Positions 41,078 to 55,246 of a stretch of 64,000 nucleotides of DNA are shown piece after piece. Below the pieces are notes generated by a model. It saw only the letters and a program-made list of their open reading frames with translations, did no database searches and was not told where the DNA came from. The DNA is from Kudoa neothunni (taxonomy: Eukaryota > Animalia > Cnidaria): NCBI GenBank assembly GCA_964304625.1, contig OZ199839.1, positions 4,916,837-4,980,836 of the forward strand, given 5' to 3'. The translations under genes and the position numbers were made by a program. Position 1 is the first letter of the stretch. The number at the start of each line of letters is the position of its first letter.

Positions 41078-42744
41078 ATGGATTTTTAAAAATTTCCACA
41101 TTGTGATAGCAATGATGCATTATCGTCGGATTCGGAGACATAGCTCCGACTCCTATTTTGATAACATACTATCGGAAAATAGTGAAATATCTGATTCTAA
41201 TATTTCAAAGACTTTTGCGATGAAGAAGTGATTGTTGACTATCCAAATACCAATAAAGAAACATTACACGGAAAGAATTATGAATGGTCTTCTAATCCAG
41301 TCGGTTTGCTTGGCCAAAAAAGAAAACATGATATTATTCAAGAAGAGCATCAAATCAACCTTCTTGGTGATGTTAATACGGAGTCTGAGATATGGAGCTT
41401 ATTTATTACAGACAAAATACCGTACGACATGTTACATTTCACAAATGACCACCTAAAAAAATACGAACTAATTTCAAAAGAAAAAGAGATTGTGTTGAAC
41501 TTGATTTATATGAGTTAAAAGCGCTTATAGGTTTACATTATTTCCTTTGTGTAAAAAAAGCTAAATTAACCAATATGAATGAACTCTGGGCAGATGATAT
41601 CTTTGGATTTCCAATTTTCAAGAAAGTATTCGGCCAAAATAGATTTAAGTTGTTGAAACGTTGTCTACTTTTTGCGAATGATTCTTCATTATCATTGGAG
41701 TCGTCTAATGATAGATTATTTAAAATTAGAGATATTACTAGCCTTATCAAATAAAATTTCCTAAAATATTATACTCGAACAGAATATTTAATGATTGACG
41801 AAATGCTTCGAGCGTTCAGGGCAACTGTATTTTTAAGCAATACATGCCGTTAAAGCCTGCGAAATGTGACATTAAAATTTTTAATATGGCTAATGCTAAA
41901 ACATTCTGTATCTTAAATATTGAGGTATACTTAGGTGCTTAAAATGTTGGCATTCATAAAGTTGATAATTCGCCGAAAAGTTTAGTACTGCGATTAGTTG
42001 AACCAATATTAGGTTCTAGTCGAAATTTTTTACAGTAGATAATTGGTTTACCTCAGTTCCTCTCTTCGAAGACAAAAGAGGTATATTCATCCATGTTTGG
42101 CTATACCAAATATTTTACATTGCTGTCGTACACTCCAAAAAAAACAAATCCGTCATATTATTGAGTTCTTTTCTCCACAAACCAATAATCGATTCCAATC
42201 ATTCTCAGAAGCAGAAGCTTCCAGAAACGATTTCATTTTATAATTCCACCAAAGGAGGTGTAGACACGATCGACCAAATGTGCGCCAATTATTCTACATA
42301 TAGAACTACCCGAAGATGGTCAGCAGTAATATTTCATGCGCTTGTAGATGTAGTTTCAATAAATTCATATGTAATCTATTGTTTAAACACGAAGAAAAAT
42401 ATTCGGAGAAAAGAATTATTAAAATCGTTAGCAATACAATTACTAGAGCAACAAATGAATCGCAAAAGTGCAAATTTATTTATTTAATAATAATATTAAT
42501 GTAGATGAGGCAAAAATAAAAGAATATGAGCAAATATCTACTGTTTCAGACAGAATATGTCGTATACGTGTTAGGCAAAATGACCGTAAAACACAATCAA
42601 AATGTAATATTTGCTGGGGCAATATTTGCAAAAAACATTCTAGTTATACGCGACAATTGTTTTGTTAAACGACGATTATTTTATTAATTAAAACGTTTTA
42701 TTTTCATCATGGGCCCTGAAAGGACTCATGCGTGCTCCGGAGGG
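41078..42744 (+). mobile_element. piggyBac element, degraded
   Basis: IDEMLRAFR, QYMPLKPAK, YNSTKGGVDTIDQM, RRWS, Cys-rich tail; GGAGGG-TTAA end. Left boundary uncertain. Confidence 0.85.
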
Positions 42745-43850
42745 TTAAATACAATGACTACCAATTTTTCTTTATTCTTCCAAAAATTTTTTGTTATTAA
42801 ATTATTTATAATGAAACTAATGTATTTTGAAACTATCATAACATTCTTTAATTTATACGAATAATGCAAACTTTACCTACTCAACCTTTAGGAACGAACA
42901 AATTTAGCTCTACAGATTTAAAAAAATAATTTAAAATGTACTTCGTCTTGAAAAATATTGGAGTTTGAAATAATCATTCACATACTGCCGAGACAAGCTT
43001 TAATTTTACGTCACAAAAAATATTTATTCATTCGTTGTGAAATCGATAGCAACGTTCATATATTTTAAATTATTCACAATTAGATTTTATTTAGAAAAAT
43101 TTAATTCTCAAATTATTGATATGCTTATTTACCTCTTTATTTTAAATTGAATATTCAGCTGTGTGTAAAAGAAATGGTAGAGGCTATTGGCACGGTAAAA
43201 TTTAATCCTAAACGACATGTCCACTTTTGCAATGAGAACTTTTAATTTCAGCAACTCCAACTTATAAGCTGGATACAGATTTTATTTTTTAGGATCTGCT
43301 ATATTTAATTATTTTAGCCCATCGCCATGCTCTTAGAGGTCAGTAATAATTAAATATATTAAAAATTAGTGTCACCTGAATAAATTTGCCGCGCCAATGG
43401 CCACTTCAAAAAGAAATTGTGATGGTCATCGAATCAGGAGATGTGTATTTCTAAATTAATAAGCAGATAAACATCGTATGGAAATAGAATATTCTTATTA
43501 TTTTCATATTGAAAACCGGTTTTTAATAAAACTAAAAAAAGTAATACTGCACAACAAAATCAAAATATAACACTTAAGATTTCATTTATAAAATATTCTG
43601 ATAGAAAGCAGCATAATTTATGATTAAATCTAATTATCTAACACCATGATTTTTCCGAATAAGTTTTTTTACCATAAAAATAGTTAACACAAATAAAGGA
43701 ATTAAATAGTCGATAATTATAGAAAAATTAATAGAGCGAAAAATATATGGCATTAAAAACAATATTTTGGTTCAATTTTGAGTCTAAATAAATTATAATA
43801 TTAATACTTACAAAAGTATATATCATAAATAGCCATTTTTAATATTTATA

Positions 43851-45046
43851 CCGGGTTTTGCGCCCAATTTCGGATTTCGTGAGAACTAAATTCAGATGTT
43901 TTGCGCGCGTTAGTAAACTGTGAAAATAAAAATGGTTGGATACGCAAAACACACGAATGAAACAAGGAGAAGAATGATTAAACTAGTTATCAAATAGGGA
44001 AGATCACAAAAAGAGGTAGCAGAAGATCTAGATGTTCCAAACTCAACTGTGAACGACATCGTTCGAAGATTTCTAACAAGAGATTCTTTTGAAAATTTTC
44101 CGCGAGGTGGAGCTCAAAGAGTTATTTTTAAAGAAGAAATCAAGAGCAAATTGTTTGACTTGATTAATGATGATTTCATCTTAACTCTTGCATCGATGGT
44201 TGAAAAATTATCATTAAATGTTAATACCGCAACTGTCTCGAGATGGTTGACATCCATGAACATGACATTTAAAATGGTAAGAACCGTACCGCTGAGTAGG
44301 AATTCACATGATGTAAAGTTGGAGAGAAAAAATATGCTGAATGGTATACTCAACTTTTATTACCACAAGATACAAAAATCTTATTTTTGTGGATTAAAGT
44401 CCCTTTTCTCTCCACGTGTTAAGAAATCACAGTAGGACCTTAAGAGGAACCACCCCTGATGCAGTAGTTCCGAACAATCGGAGAAATAGTGTCACAATGA
44501 TATTAGCCATTAGCGGGAAAGATCTTTCTATTGCGAGGCTGTTTTTGGCTCAGTGAACACTGAAATTTTTCAGTCATTTTTAAAAAAGGTGGAGGTAGCA
44601 ATGGATGGACGAGATTTTATTGTTGCGATGGACAGTGTGAGATTCCATCATTCCAATGTTGAGTTTCACGACACATTTTTTTGAGAAATGCAATATCTTC
44701 CAAGATATTCACCATTTCCCAACCCTTACGAAGAGGTATTCCCCTTAATTAAATAAAGAGCAAGACGAAATGGTCCAATTTGAGGAAGAATGATTTAATT
44801 AAAAGAATGGACAGTTCTGCCTCCTCAGTCATTGGAAGTGAAATTATAAAATTTTTTGAGCATTCGGAAACCTTTTTAGGGAAATGCTACTCGATGGAAG
44901 ATGTTGCTCGAGATTAGAATAAGCAATTATTTATCATCTTTGCGGCAGTAATCACAAAGTTTTACATTTTAAACATTCGTTTTTTATGCAGCGCAAAATA
45001 TCCGAATTTGATTGTCGCGCAATCCGAAATTGGGAGAAAAACCCGG
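43851..45046 (+). mobile_element. Full-length degraded ITm element (DD32E family)
   Basis: 26-bp TIR starting CCGGGTTTT with TA on both sides; transposase remnant 43932-44917 homologous to 24817-25821. Confidence 0.9.
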
Positions 45047-45526
45047 TAACTTTTTCAATTAAAAATAAGTACACAAAATTAAGTACAAAACAAGTTTATA
45101 CCTAATTTTTCAATGTAATTTTGACTGGGAAATTTCTCTTAAATTCTGTTCCATCGACTTATAGCAATTAATCAAATGAAAAATATTATAAAATGGAAAC
45201 AATTCAAAGTAAATATACAAAAAACATGAAAGTAATAAATTTATTTTTTATGTTCAACCTACGCAGAATAATGCATGGATAGAAGTTTGGACAAAATGTA
45301 CGAAATAGTTTTATTCACGCCCAATTCCGTACTCAATAATTATGATTTTACTTCAAAAATCCAAATAAAAAATTTAAAATGAAGTGTTAAACAAATAAAA
45401 CAATTTATTTATTCATTTAATACGAATAATTCAAAGAAAAATTTCATATTAAATCAAAAAAACGTCCCCAAATATAACAAAACTCAAAATTCGGTGAAAA
45501 AGCTCAACATATCAAGCATAAATACA

Positions 45527-45828
45527 TCAAACAATGAGAGTATAGACAGCCATTAGCAAACACATCAGAGAGATGAATATACTTTTTCTTTCGCCTAGAA
45601 AGTGTCAAAAACCCCACTTTACACATCACATTTATACCTATACGAGCAGCTTTCCACAATATTCCGCGGAATCTAGACATACATTAGTTGAATCTGTAAA
45701 AGAAATGATGATCACCCCTTTTTGTGGTTATTCATAAAGTTTGGCCACAACTTCTTGATCGAAGCACATGTACAAATAATCAAAAGTGTCACAATAACAA
45801 TTCCATTGAAATCGAAAATAGCAGACAT
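45527..45828 (-). CDS. TMEM167A: Protein kish (TMEM167), 3 exons
   Basis: Spliced: MSAIFDFNGIVIVTLLIICTCASIKKLWPNFMNNHKKGFRGILWKAARIGEEKSIFISLMCLLMAVYTLIV. Confidence 0.92.
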
Positions 45829-46379
45829 GAATTTGGAAATGAATTCCAGTGGATCGTGGAATTAACGAATGGGTGTGTTTTGCGCAGTGCGCGTTAGTGT
45901 AATGATAATGCACTTTAGCTCAAGATTAGTTTTCAAGACAACACAATCAATTGTGATGTAACATTTTATAATTTACGACAACAAAAATTTTGCAAGATTT
46001 TCAAAAATACCACTATACACAAATCATCCTCACATTCTTAAATTATCATCTTTTGAAACGTTTGGTGTTTAAAATAAATTAGATTAAATAATAAGAATGA
46101 AAAATATTGTCCAATTAAACCAATATTGATTGAATTTGGTTAATTTTGTAAATCGACCAATTTCGTGGCAATTTAGGAATTTTCGTTTTTAAGTTTAATC
46201 TCACATTAAATTAAAAAAATAGAATGAATCATCTTCATGAACTACAGATATACTATAATAAACGCAATTTTTAGATTAAATCAATAGTTGCTATCATAAA
46301 TGTTTGTTCAATTTTATGCGCGTGCGCTAGTTTGCGATTCCAAAAAATTAAAACTAAGCTTTCGGTCCTAACACACAGG

Positions 46380-49300
46380 ATGGATTCATTTGAAATTTCT
46401 GCAGATGGAGGAGCTCCACAAACAGATTACATGGTAAAAACAATAAACTCTAAGAAGCCCTGCCCATTGAAGAAAATTCTTATCAACAATTACACCTCCA
46501 CTTCGATCAGTGAGTTTTATAAGTTTCGATTCAATTAAACCGACACGAATTTTGACTATATTAAGAAGGAAAAAAATATCCAACGCTGTCAAACGATGAT
46601 GCCATGTATATAGTTAACGAAATAGAAGAAAATTTGGAGAACATAATAATTGATGAACACTGTCCGGCTGAGACCTACACAGATACAGTTTATTTAGTTG
46701 AGCATTTGTGTTATTTGGGGGAAAATTTTGAGTTGAGTGAACAACTTGCCATTTTTATTCAATCGATTCCTACAAAAGTAATCACAAAAAATCATTTCAT
46801 GCGATGTCTGTGTTGTGAGCTGATTTCAATCACAATATAGATGGATTTTGTTCAGGAATTTTTGAATAATGAAGTGCGAGAGGCAGTTTTTGAGGATATG
46901 GTTGACCAAACTAACCTTCTTGTGATATTCTTACAAAGGCTGAGAAATATCTACGATGCGTATTGTGTCGCAATTGTACTTGATTGAGTGGTTGGATATG
47001 TGTGAGTAGCAGTGGTTGTATTTAGAGGAGAGGTGTGAGTGTGTTATCGGTGTTGGAGAAAACCAATATAATTTCGCGCATTCCTCAACCATATTTTTGG
47101 TATTTTTTTCATTTCGTCCCCATAACAACCAAAACACGCTCTTTGATATCATTCAAATAGGGATCAAGCTATTCAGAGTTTCGAAAGAAACGTTTTTCGC
47201 AAAAATGTTGTTCTCACTGCCACAATCCACTACATCGCATCAACCATTTTCAGCTTTAGGTAATTACTCATATATGACAATTTTTTGAATTTTTTAACTA
47301 TTAGAAAAAAGATTCTTTCCTCTCCGTCGGTAGAAGAAGTGATTGATGAGTTGAAAAGCACGGATTTGGAAAATACTCTCATTTTTCAGATTTGCCAAAT
47401 GACTATCGAAGTTGGCGTAAGTGTTTCATTTATACAAGCTCATGCTCATTCGATTATTAACCATCCAGTTATTCACCGATTTCATTGAGGATACCATAGT
47501 GGATAAAACAGTTGATGACTATAGATACATAACCAAAAAACTCCGAACTAAGTTACCAGTATGTTCAAGCGTCTTTTTGATTTATCTGTTGTTAATTGAT
47601 CACATCTGTTAGTTGCATGAGTATATTACGGTTGTGAAAGGAGTTTTAGAATACGAAGCATTATTGTCGAAAAAGCTGTTTAGGAATTATTCTTGGTATG
47701 TTAATTTGAGTTGATTATTTTATTTTGATTGTTTTTTTAGTACTATGTTGTGTTTTGCTGTGAAGGATACTATGATTATTAATTTGCTAAAGGATATTTT
47801 CGAAAATGGTAAGCTGATGGGATTTATTCATTTTCCGCATAACGTTGAGTTTGGGGTTCATAGGGACCTCGATTTAATTATTTCAATAAGATTTGAAAAA
47901 TTTTAGATGATAAATATAATTAAGTATAATATCTCATATTCTTCAAAATCTATGTTAATTGTTTATTTTTTGTTTTAAAATAAGTTTTTCTAAGATTTTA
48001 TATGTTGTAATAGTTGTCGCTATTGGCACAATTTTTCAATATAAAATAGCATCTACGCTTGTGCAGTATCAATTTTTAGTCGTAATAACTTTTATTTATA
48101 GTTAGTGTGTGAAATTAATTTTTCATAATATGCTATATTTTATTGTTTTTGGCTTATAGTAGTATAAGGATTTGTAAGAAATAATAAATGTAATTAAGGA
48201 TTTAATTTGAACTTTCTAATTATTTAATCATTAAAAAGTTTATTTGTATATTTTGAGTTAAATTTAATAAATTAATTTACAATTTGACTAAATGTATTTT
48301 ATATTTTGTCGTTAAAAATGTGATAGAATGTATTCTTTTTTCAACTAAAAATCAATATTTTTTATCGTTAGCGTTCGTATATGATTCTATACACTTATTT
48401 TGAATAGAATAATCCCGCTAATTAATTAGTCGAATGATATGTGCGCATAAAATTTTTAAAATCACTGCGATTGTGAGTCCTAATTTTCATTGTTTTTATT
48501 GATATTAACTTATTTAAGAATATTTAATAATATTGTTGTTGAATCCCCATTCAATTAAAAATATAAATTAGGGGGGTTTGAGGTTTGCAATGTTAATTTG
48601 CTCCTGTCATAATAAGGTTGCTCTGATACTATTTATCAAATGCACACAAAAGATCCAATTTTAAAATTTCCATCAAAGTTCAGTTTTGCATATGCGAACG
48701 TTGATGTCATTGATTAAGTAAGAATTCAGCTAAATATTAAAAAAATCTTGATTTGATTATATGAATTATTTTGGATGATAAATAAGTAGAAAAAGAATTG
48801 AAAATTTACCGTCTTATGGGAAAATTGTTTGCAATATTGTGTTCAATTAAAATATTGATGTATAATTTTTTTCTGTTAATTTTGTTTGAAAAAACGTAAA
48901 GAAAATGTGATAGGATAGACAAAACAAAATAAATTGATCTATTTAAATATTAATCAATTAGGTCGAGTATCATTAAATTTTGAGTTAATCATTAATTAAG
49001 TTATGCTACTTAACAGTTTTTTAAGAAATAAATTTTCATGGTATCAGAACAACACAAAAATTGATAATGATAAGAAGTAAAATTTTGACGAGATAGCGTT
49101 AGTTTTTAATGTTAATAATAAGAAATAAAACAATGACAAGATAGGGCTAATTTTTAATAATAATTAATTCAACGCGTGTTTAGAGTTGGATCAGTTACTT
49201 GGTTCAATGATCAATCCTTACACTGAACAATTACGTTTCATTTATGAAACCGTCCTAGATTGCAAACATTCCCTATCTGACCTTTCACAGGCTCTCAGTG

Positions 49301-51300
49301 CGGAAATACGAGTAATTTTGAATTTAATTATTGAGAATTTTAATTTTGAATTAAATTCTAGAAAATTGGACACGCTTGTGCCAGCGATCCCCAGAAACAA
49401 GACCAACTCATTCCTAATATTCTTCATTTGAAACATGCGGCCGATATGGTAACAAGAACTTGTTTTAATTCCAATGAGGTGGTGGTGAAAAATGTCAAAA
49501 ACGCTTTCACTGGTTTCGCCAATCAACAATCTGCACATATCGTGACTCATTTGGGTTGGTGTTTAATGATCTAGCAGATTTTGATATTTATTTTGTTAAG
49601 TGAAATATTTGGACAACCTAATAACCCTTCGAAACAAACACACTGTATTTTATTGATCAGCACAAACTTTCACTATTTTTGGTTTAAATTAGAATAATAT
49701 TGACGTGAATAAGCTTGAAAACGAACTTTTAGTTCCGGTTTGCCGAACTTTGACTTTAATGAAATATATTCACAGTAATTTAATCGAGTTGTGTCTACTG
49801 ATATAACAATTCCTGTGGTCGTTAATAGGTAAAGATCATTTTCAACAGACCTACCAAAAATACTTGGCTCGACGTCTTCTCTCCAAAACTTACATCTCTA
49901 TTGCGTTTGAGAAACGCATTTTAAAATATCTCAAAACCGGTATTTTACTGTTAATTTCCTGTTCCAATTTATTCATGTCTTATCTGTAGGATTTGGCGCT
50001 GAGGTCACTCACAAAATGGAAGGAATGGTACGAGATGTAGAAAAATCGCCATCTTTGAGTTCCCTCACTGTTGAGGATGTATATTTTTGGCAGCTGCGTT
50101 GCGAACTCAGCTATTTGTAGAGCAATGGCCCAAATGAGATTTTCTGTGATTGCACCTTGTTAACCAAAAGTTTCTGGCCTCATAAATTCAATATGGCTCT
50201 TGTTCTACCTAATCAAGTTAATTGTTATAGTATCACTTTAAGGGTAGCTAATAATAAATATAAAAAATGTAGTTGGAAACGTTGAGACAATCATATGAAG
50301 ACAAATTCCATGAAGAACACAATCACAAAAATCTCAAATGGAATCCTATCTACAGTGATGTTGTACTTGCTTACAATACACCAAACGTATTGTTCATCAC
50401 TATTCATTTCGTATTACATAACTCTATTTTTATATAGAATCAGTCGGTCCAAATACGTCTGTGTCTTCTACAAGCTTGCGTTGTATTGTTGTTCAATCGG
50501 CTTGAATCTCTTACTATATCGGAAGTTAGAAAACGAGTCAATATTAGTATTTTTTGATTAATTGCCGTTTCATGTTGATATTCTCATGTCGTTATTATTA
50601 GCTCACGATTATTATTTCAATAAAGCTCTGTCCACTTTACTCGATTTTAGCAATGGCTATAGTCTGTTGACAATCTCTGACGACAATCTTAAACAAGTAC
50701 GGCCCCTTTTTTATTTGAATCTCTGTTAACACCGTGCTTAGAGTACAACCGATTTACCTTCTTATCAATCCACCAGCGTTCTCAGCTTGAAAATCAATCT
50801 CCCTCCGAATAAGTCCTACATTGACATATCAGAAGATTTCTTTTTAAGTCTTGTATTATCTAATATAATCTTGCTTGAAACTAATAAAACTAATGAACAA
50901 ATTGGTAGGATATTGCTTCTGGCCACCCCTCTGACGGCGCCAATAACAACCAAGATGATCCTCATTCCAATCCTCAAGCTAAAATCTATCAGGTACTACA
51001 TTAGGGTGTTAGTGTGGATTGGAGTGTTTGAAAATTGTTAAGATTGACTCATCGATTATGCGAATCATGAAAAGTGTCGACATGATGAGTCATAAGAATC
51101 TCTTCGAAAATACCAGTGCTAAACTCGACTTTGAACTCACAGTAACTTGGTTTTGTGTGGCATTTCTAACAAGTAACTATTTGCTACAGGAAGAACTCTT
51201 CCAATCCAGAGTCAACGGCCTCGTTGATAGAGATTACATCAAGGAACATGAAGAAGAAGCTGGTACGACCACCGAACTTCATTATTCCTATGTGCCTTGA
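46380..51300 (+). CDS. Divergent cullin (CUL4-like), many exons
   Basis: YLVEHLC N-terminal motif, FQQTYQKYLARRLL, KMEGMVRDV, LLTKSFWP and neddylation domain IDSSIMRIMKS..LVDRDYI. Linkage across 47900-49185 is inferred. Confidence 0.8.
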
Positions 51301-52551
51301 TACTTTGATCTCGACCATTTACTATATTTTGTTGTTTCCGCGGTTTCCGCATTTCGAATTTATATCGCAGTGAGACCTCGGCATTTCGACGTTTTGTTAG
51401 AGGGAGTATTCTAACACAAAATGTCAGGGTCTTTTGTGAGCGCACAATATACATTGGGGAAATTTCTTTTTTTGACGAAAACCTCGTCCACTGTGAGTTA
51501 TTTTTCTCGTGTTAAATAAATACTCCATTAAAGGGTGGAGAAAATAAATCTGAATGACATTCAGTCGAATTCTTTCTGATTATGATATTACCTTATTTAA
51601 TTAAAGGAATAAGGTATATTAACCATTATGAAAAGTTTATTCGTAACATTTTGTAATATTAGAATTTTTGAAATTAAAACTATTAGATTAATTGCTGTGA
51701 ACAGTCTCGGCCTGTTCTAAGTCAAAAAATTGTCGATTACTTCTAAATTAATCATTAAGACAGATTAATGCGGTAGAATTGTTAACATTTTAATTGTATC
51801 CATAGGTAATATTTAATAAAGATTGTTGTTTATATATTCTTTAAGTTTTAAATAAATGAGGAACAACATTCATGAGTCTTGAAGTTTTTGGAAGTTACCC
51901 GCAAAAAATAGTTGCTGGCCATATTACAAATAATTTTCTCTACTGGGGAAACCTACTATTGTAACTTATAGAATGTTAGTAATAATTTCATAGAACCATT
52001 AAAACATAGTATTCATAGTTTGTTTTCGTGCTGCGTGTACCACACAAATTCATCGGTTGCATAATGAAAACTACATTTTTAGATAGAAAGGGCCGCTTAA
52101 TATTTTTGAATATATTAATTGACCAAAAAAACTACAGTCATTGTTCGGTTTTACGCATTTTTCTTGTCACATTTGTGAAAAAATAGCATTACTATGTTTA
52201 ATGATTGAAAAAAATAAAATAACAGTAAGATTAAGATTAAGATTAAATAAATGTATAACCTGATAAAATAATTCTTCAGCACCGCCCGAAATGATGCCAA
52301 ACATACTATAAAGCACTGACATATTCTCCGAGTCCAATCCTAATGACATTTTAAAAACGAACCAAAAATTGATAAAAAAGTTTTAAAAGCACCATCTAAT
52401 TGTCATAAATCGTTAATTTACTAAAAGGGGTTAAAAGTTGTTTAATATTTTGTAGAAAATCGATCATGCTCGAGCCGACGAAGTAAGAAATATTTTAAAT
52501 TATTTCAACAAATTTTTGTCTTATTAAAATAGCTTTTTTTGATTGTAATAC

Positions 52552-52620
52552 AAGGTTAGAACCGGGATTCGAACGGGGGTTATTCGCAACAAAAGGTGGC
52601 AGTACCTACCGCATTATTCT
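52552..52620 (-). pseudogene. tRNA-like remnant or SINE head
   Basis: CCCGTTCGAATCCCGG T-arm/B-box with an upstream GCGGTAGG A-box-like motif; no full cloverleaf. Confidence 0.3.
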
Positions 52621-54277
52621 CGATCGCGCATCTATGGTCGATAGATTATAACCTTCATAATCCACTTGTTACATTAATTTTAAGTATTAATAATAATGTT
52701 TTCCTCAATTCATGCGATCACATTATATTAAATAATTTTACATATATATACCATATGTGCGCGCCAATAGGTACATAAAACCGGACGTAATCAATTTTAC
52801 ATACTTTACCGCGGACAAGAGGGGATTGCATAAAACCAGTTGACTACTTTATAAACTTTTTTCAAATAAATTTTTAATCGGTATTTTTTATTATCCCAAG
52901 ATTATTTATGTCATAATATAAACACTTAATTGTGAAAAATTATTTTATAAAATAAAATTTGTAGCCAAGGACTTTTTTAAAAATCAACTAGCCAAACAGA
53001 GATTTGGCATAATCGACATGTATATAAATTCATTTACAATATTTTTATTTATACGTTGATTAATTTTTGAAAGAATATTAAATAACTATAGGTGGTATAA
53101 TTTTTGAGATATTTGTTGATTTTTATCATCAAAAATATGCACACAGTCATCAGCGTTCACTGCACACTTTTTAGGGGAGTTGAAAAAAGGATGCGCAATA
53201 GAAATTAAATGTACAGCAACCATGCAACACATGCACACTTTATATACATTTAGATGATAGAGAAATTATTTTTTTAAAGACAATGGCTATTGATACGACA
53301 TATTATATTCAGGTGTCAATATTAGTGACTGTGTGTATTTCTGACTCGCCGCTTTGCTCTCAAGGGCCAGAAATAATTAAACATGGCAGATTCTAAAAAA
53401 ACTAAATCTGTATGCAGTCTGTAGGAAAGAGTTACTTCGATTAAAAATTCATACCTAGCAAGCGTGCATGACATTCAGGATTAAAATTCGCCGTGCCAAT
53501 AACCTGTCAAGCTTGGTCTCTATTGGTCCATATCTTTATGCACAATAAACATTAATCGTTAGTTGCACAAAAACTAAGAAATTTTTCTACCAATAAAACA
53601 AATAGATTTATTATACATTATTTAACGCATATAAAAAAATTCTCTTGATTTACGTTCCATTTCTATTGTCATTGCACAGTAAGCATATTCAACTTTGATT
53701 TTTGGGCGTTCAATGATTTTTTCCTTTGTTCTATGAAGCTAATAGAAACAGACAATGCGGCTCATCACCAACACGTTGAGACACCTATTTTTTGAACATC
53801 GGCTTTAAATCACTGTTAAATTTCTCAAATATACTCAATTAAAAACCTAATCATATATACATATATGTGGTATTTGGATTTTTAAATTTTAGTATATTAA
53901 AATTCTGAATGCGCATATTTTTATCATCGGGAAGTGTTAGATACTTCAGATGAAAAATTTTATTGAAAAAATCCTCCAACCTTCATGTTAACTCTTCGAG
54001 AACTTAAATGCACAGCAGTAGTTATCAAATAATTGCTCTCATCCTATCCCAAATGAGATTTTAACGGAAATGAGTAAGATAACCTACTTGTGAGGACTAA
54101 TATTCCTCCAACACAAACCTACCCAATTCTTAACTTAGACAAGCAATTTATAGCTGATTATTTCTCTTGGTTTTATCAAGATTAAAAGTAAATAGAATAA
54201 AGCTGCAGATAATAGCGCAAAGAACAAATATTCCATCTAAATGACAACATTTATCGGGCTCAAAATTTAGTTAATAT

Positions 54278-54994
54278 CTAAGCAGTAATATGAGTCTTGG
54301 AGTAGACGTAGATACCGTCCAAGAACTTTCTAATATCACGGTTGTGAACACGAGCACATTGGTTAATTTGGGAAACTATAAAAAAATTAAAACCAATAAC
54401 TAGCCATTGGAAAATTACCAGTCTTTGAAACAAGTTCGATATCGTTTCCTTCAATAATAACCTCGTCCTTCACTTTCCCCATGTACACGGAAACACCATC
54501 AGGAATAGTGATGTGTCTGGTGAGTTTTTGACCGATGTAGTTTCTGACTTCAAGAGATTTTTTGTCTGCAGCTATTACAATGTTGATGGGATAATGGGCA
54601 TATACCAACTTCATAACATATTTAAATCCCTATAATAAACAATACCATCCATAAAAAAGTGGTCGGTAAAATAAGTAACTCACCTTGGTCACTCCAGTGA
54701 TCATATTGTTGATGGAAGATTTCACAGTATTTACACATTGAACTTGTCTTTTGTTACCAAAGTAGACAGTTACGGAAATACATTTTTTGGACACTCTAGC
54801 AATGGTAATGTTAGAATGGGTGAAATCTCGCATGAGTTTCCCTCTAGGTCCTTCGACGTAAACTTTACGTCCATTGAGTCTGACTTGCACTAAACAAATA
54901 CAAGATGGTTTTTATTGAATTTTAATTCAACCAGCAAAATTAACCTACCATCAGCTGGAATTTTAACGTTCTCGGTGATCGCAACACACTTCAT
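54278..54994 (-). CDS. RPL9: 60S ribosomal protein L9 (uL6), 4 exons
   Basis: VEGPRGKLMRDF, NMITGVTKG, YAHYPIN, IEGNDIELVS, DIRKFLDGIYV. Confidence 0.97.
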
Positions 54995-55246
54995 CTTACC
55001 AGAGGAATCGACACGCGATTCGCTTCCGAAGTAACCCGATAAATTAAAAGAGCTGAATTTCAAACTAAAACATAACTCAGTTAATGTACACCTAAATGTC
55101 TTAAATTTACTATAATTTTAGCGTCATCTTAATATTTAATTCATTTTAATGAATCTTCTAAAATATACAATAAATTGTGCTCGCACCGACAATTAACGAG
55201 TTGTGGAGCACGCTTTTGTCGATACGCATTACGGTGTTTGATTGAG
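54995..55246. promoter_or_regulatory. Putative bidirectional promoter between RPL9 and RPS23
   Basis: 252 bp between divergent start codons. Confidence 0.6.
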
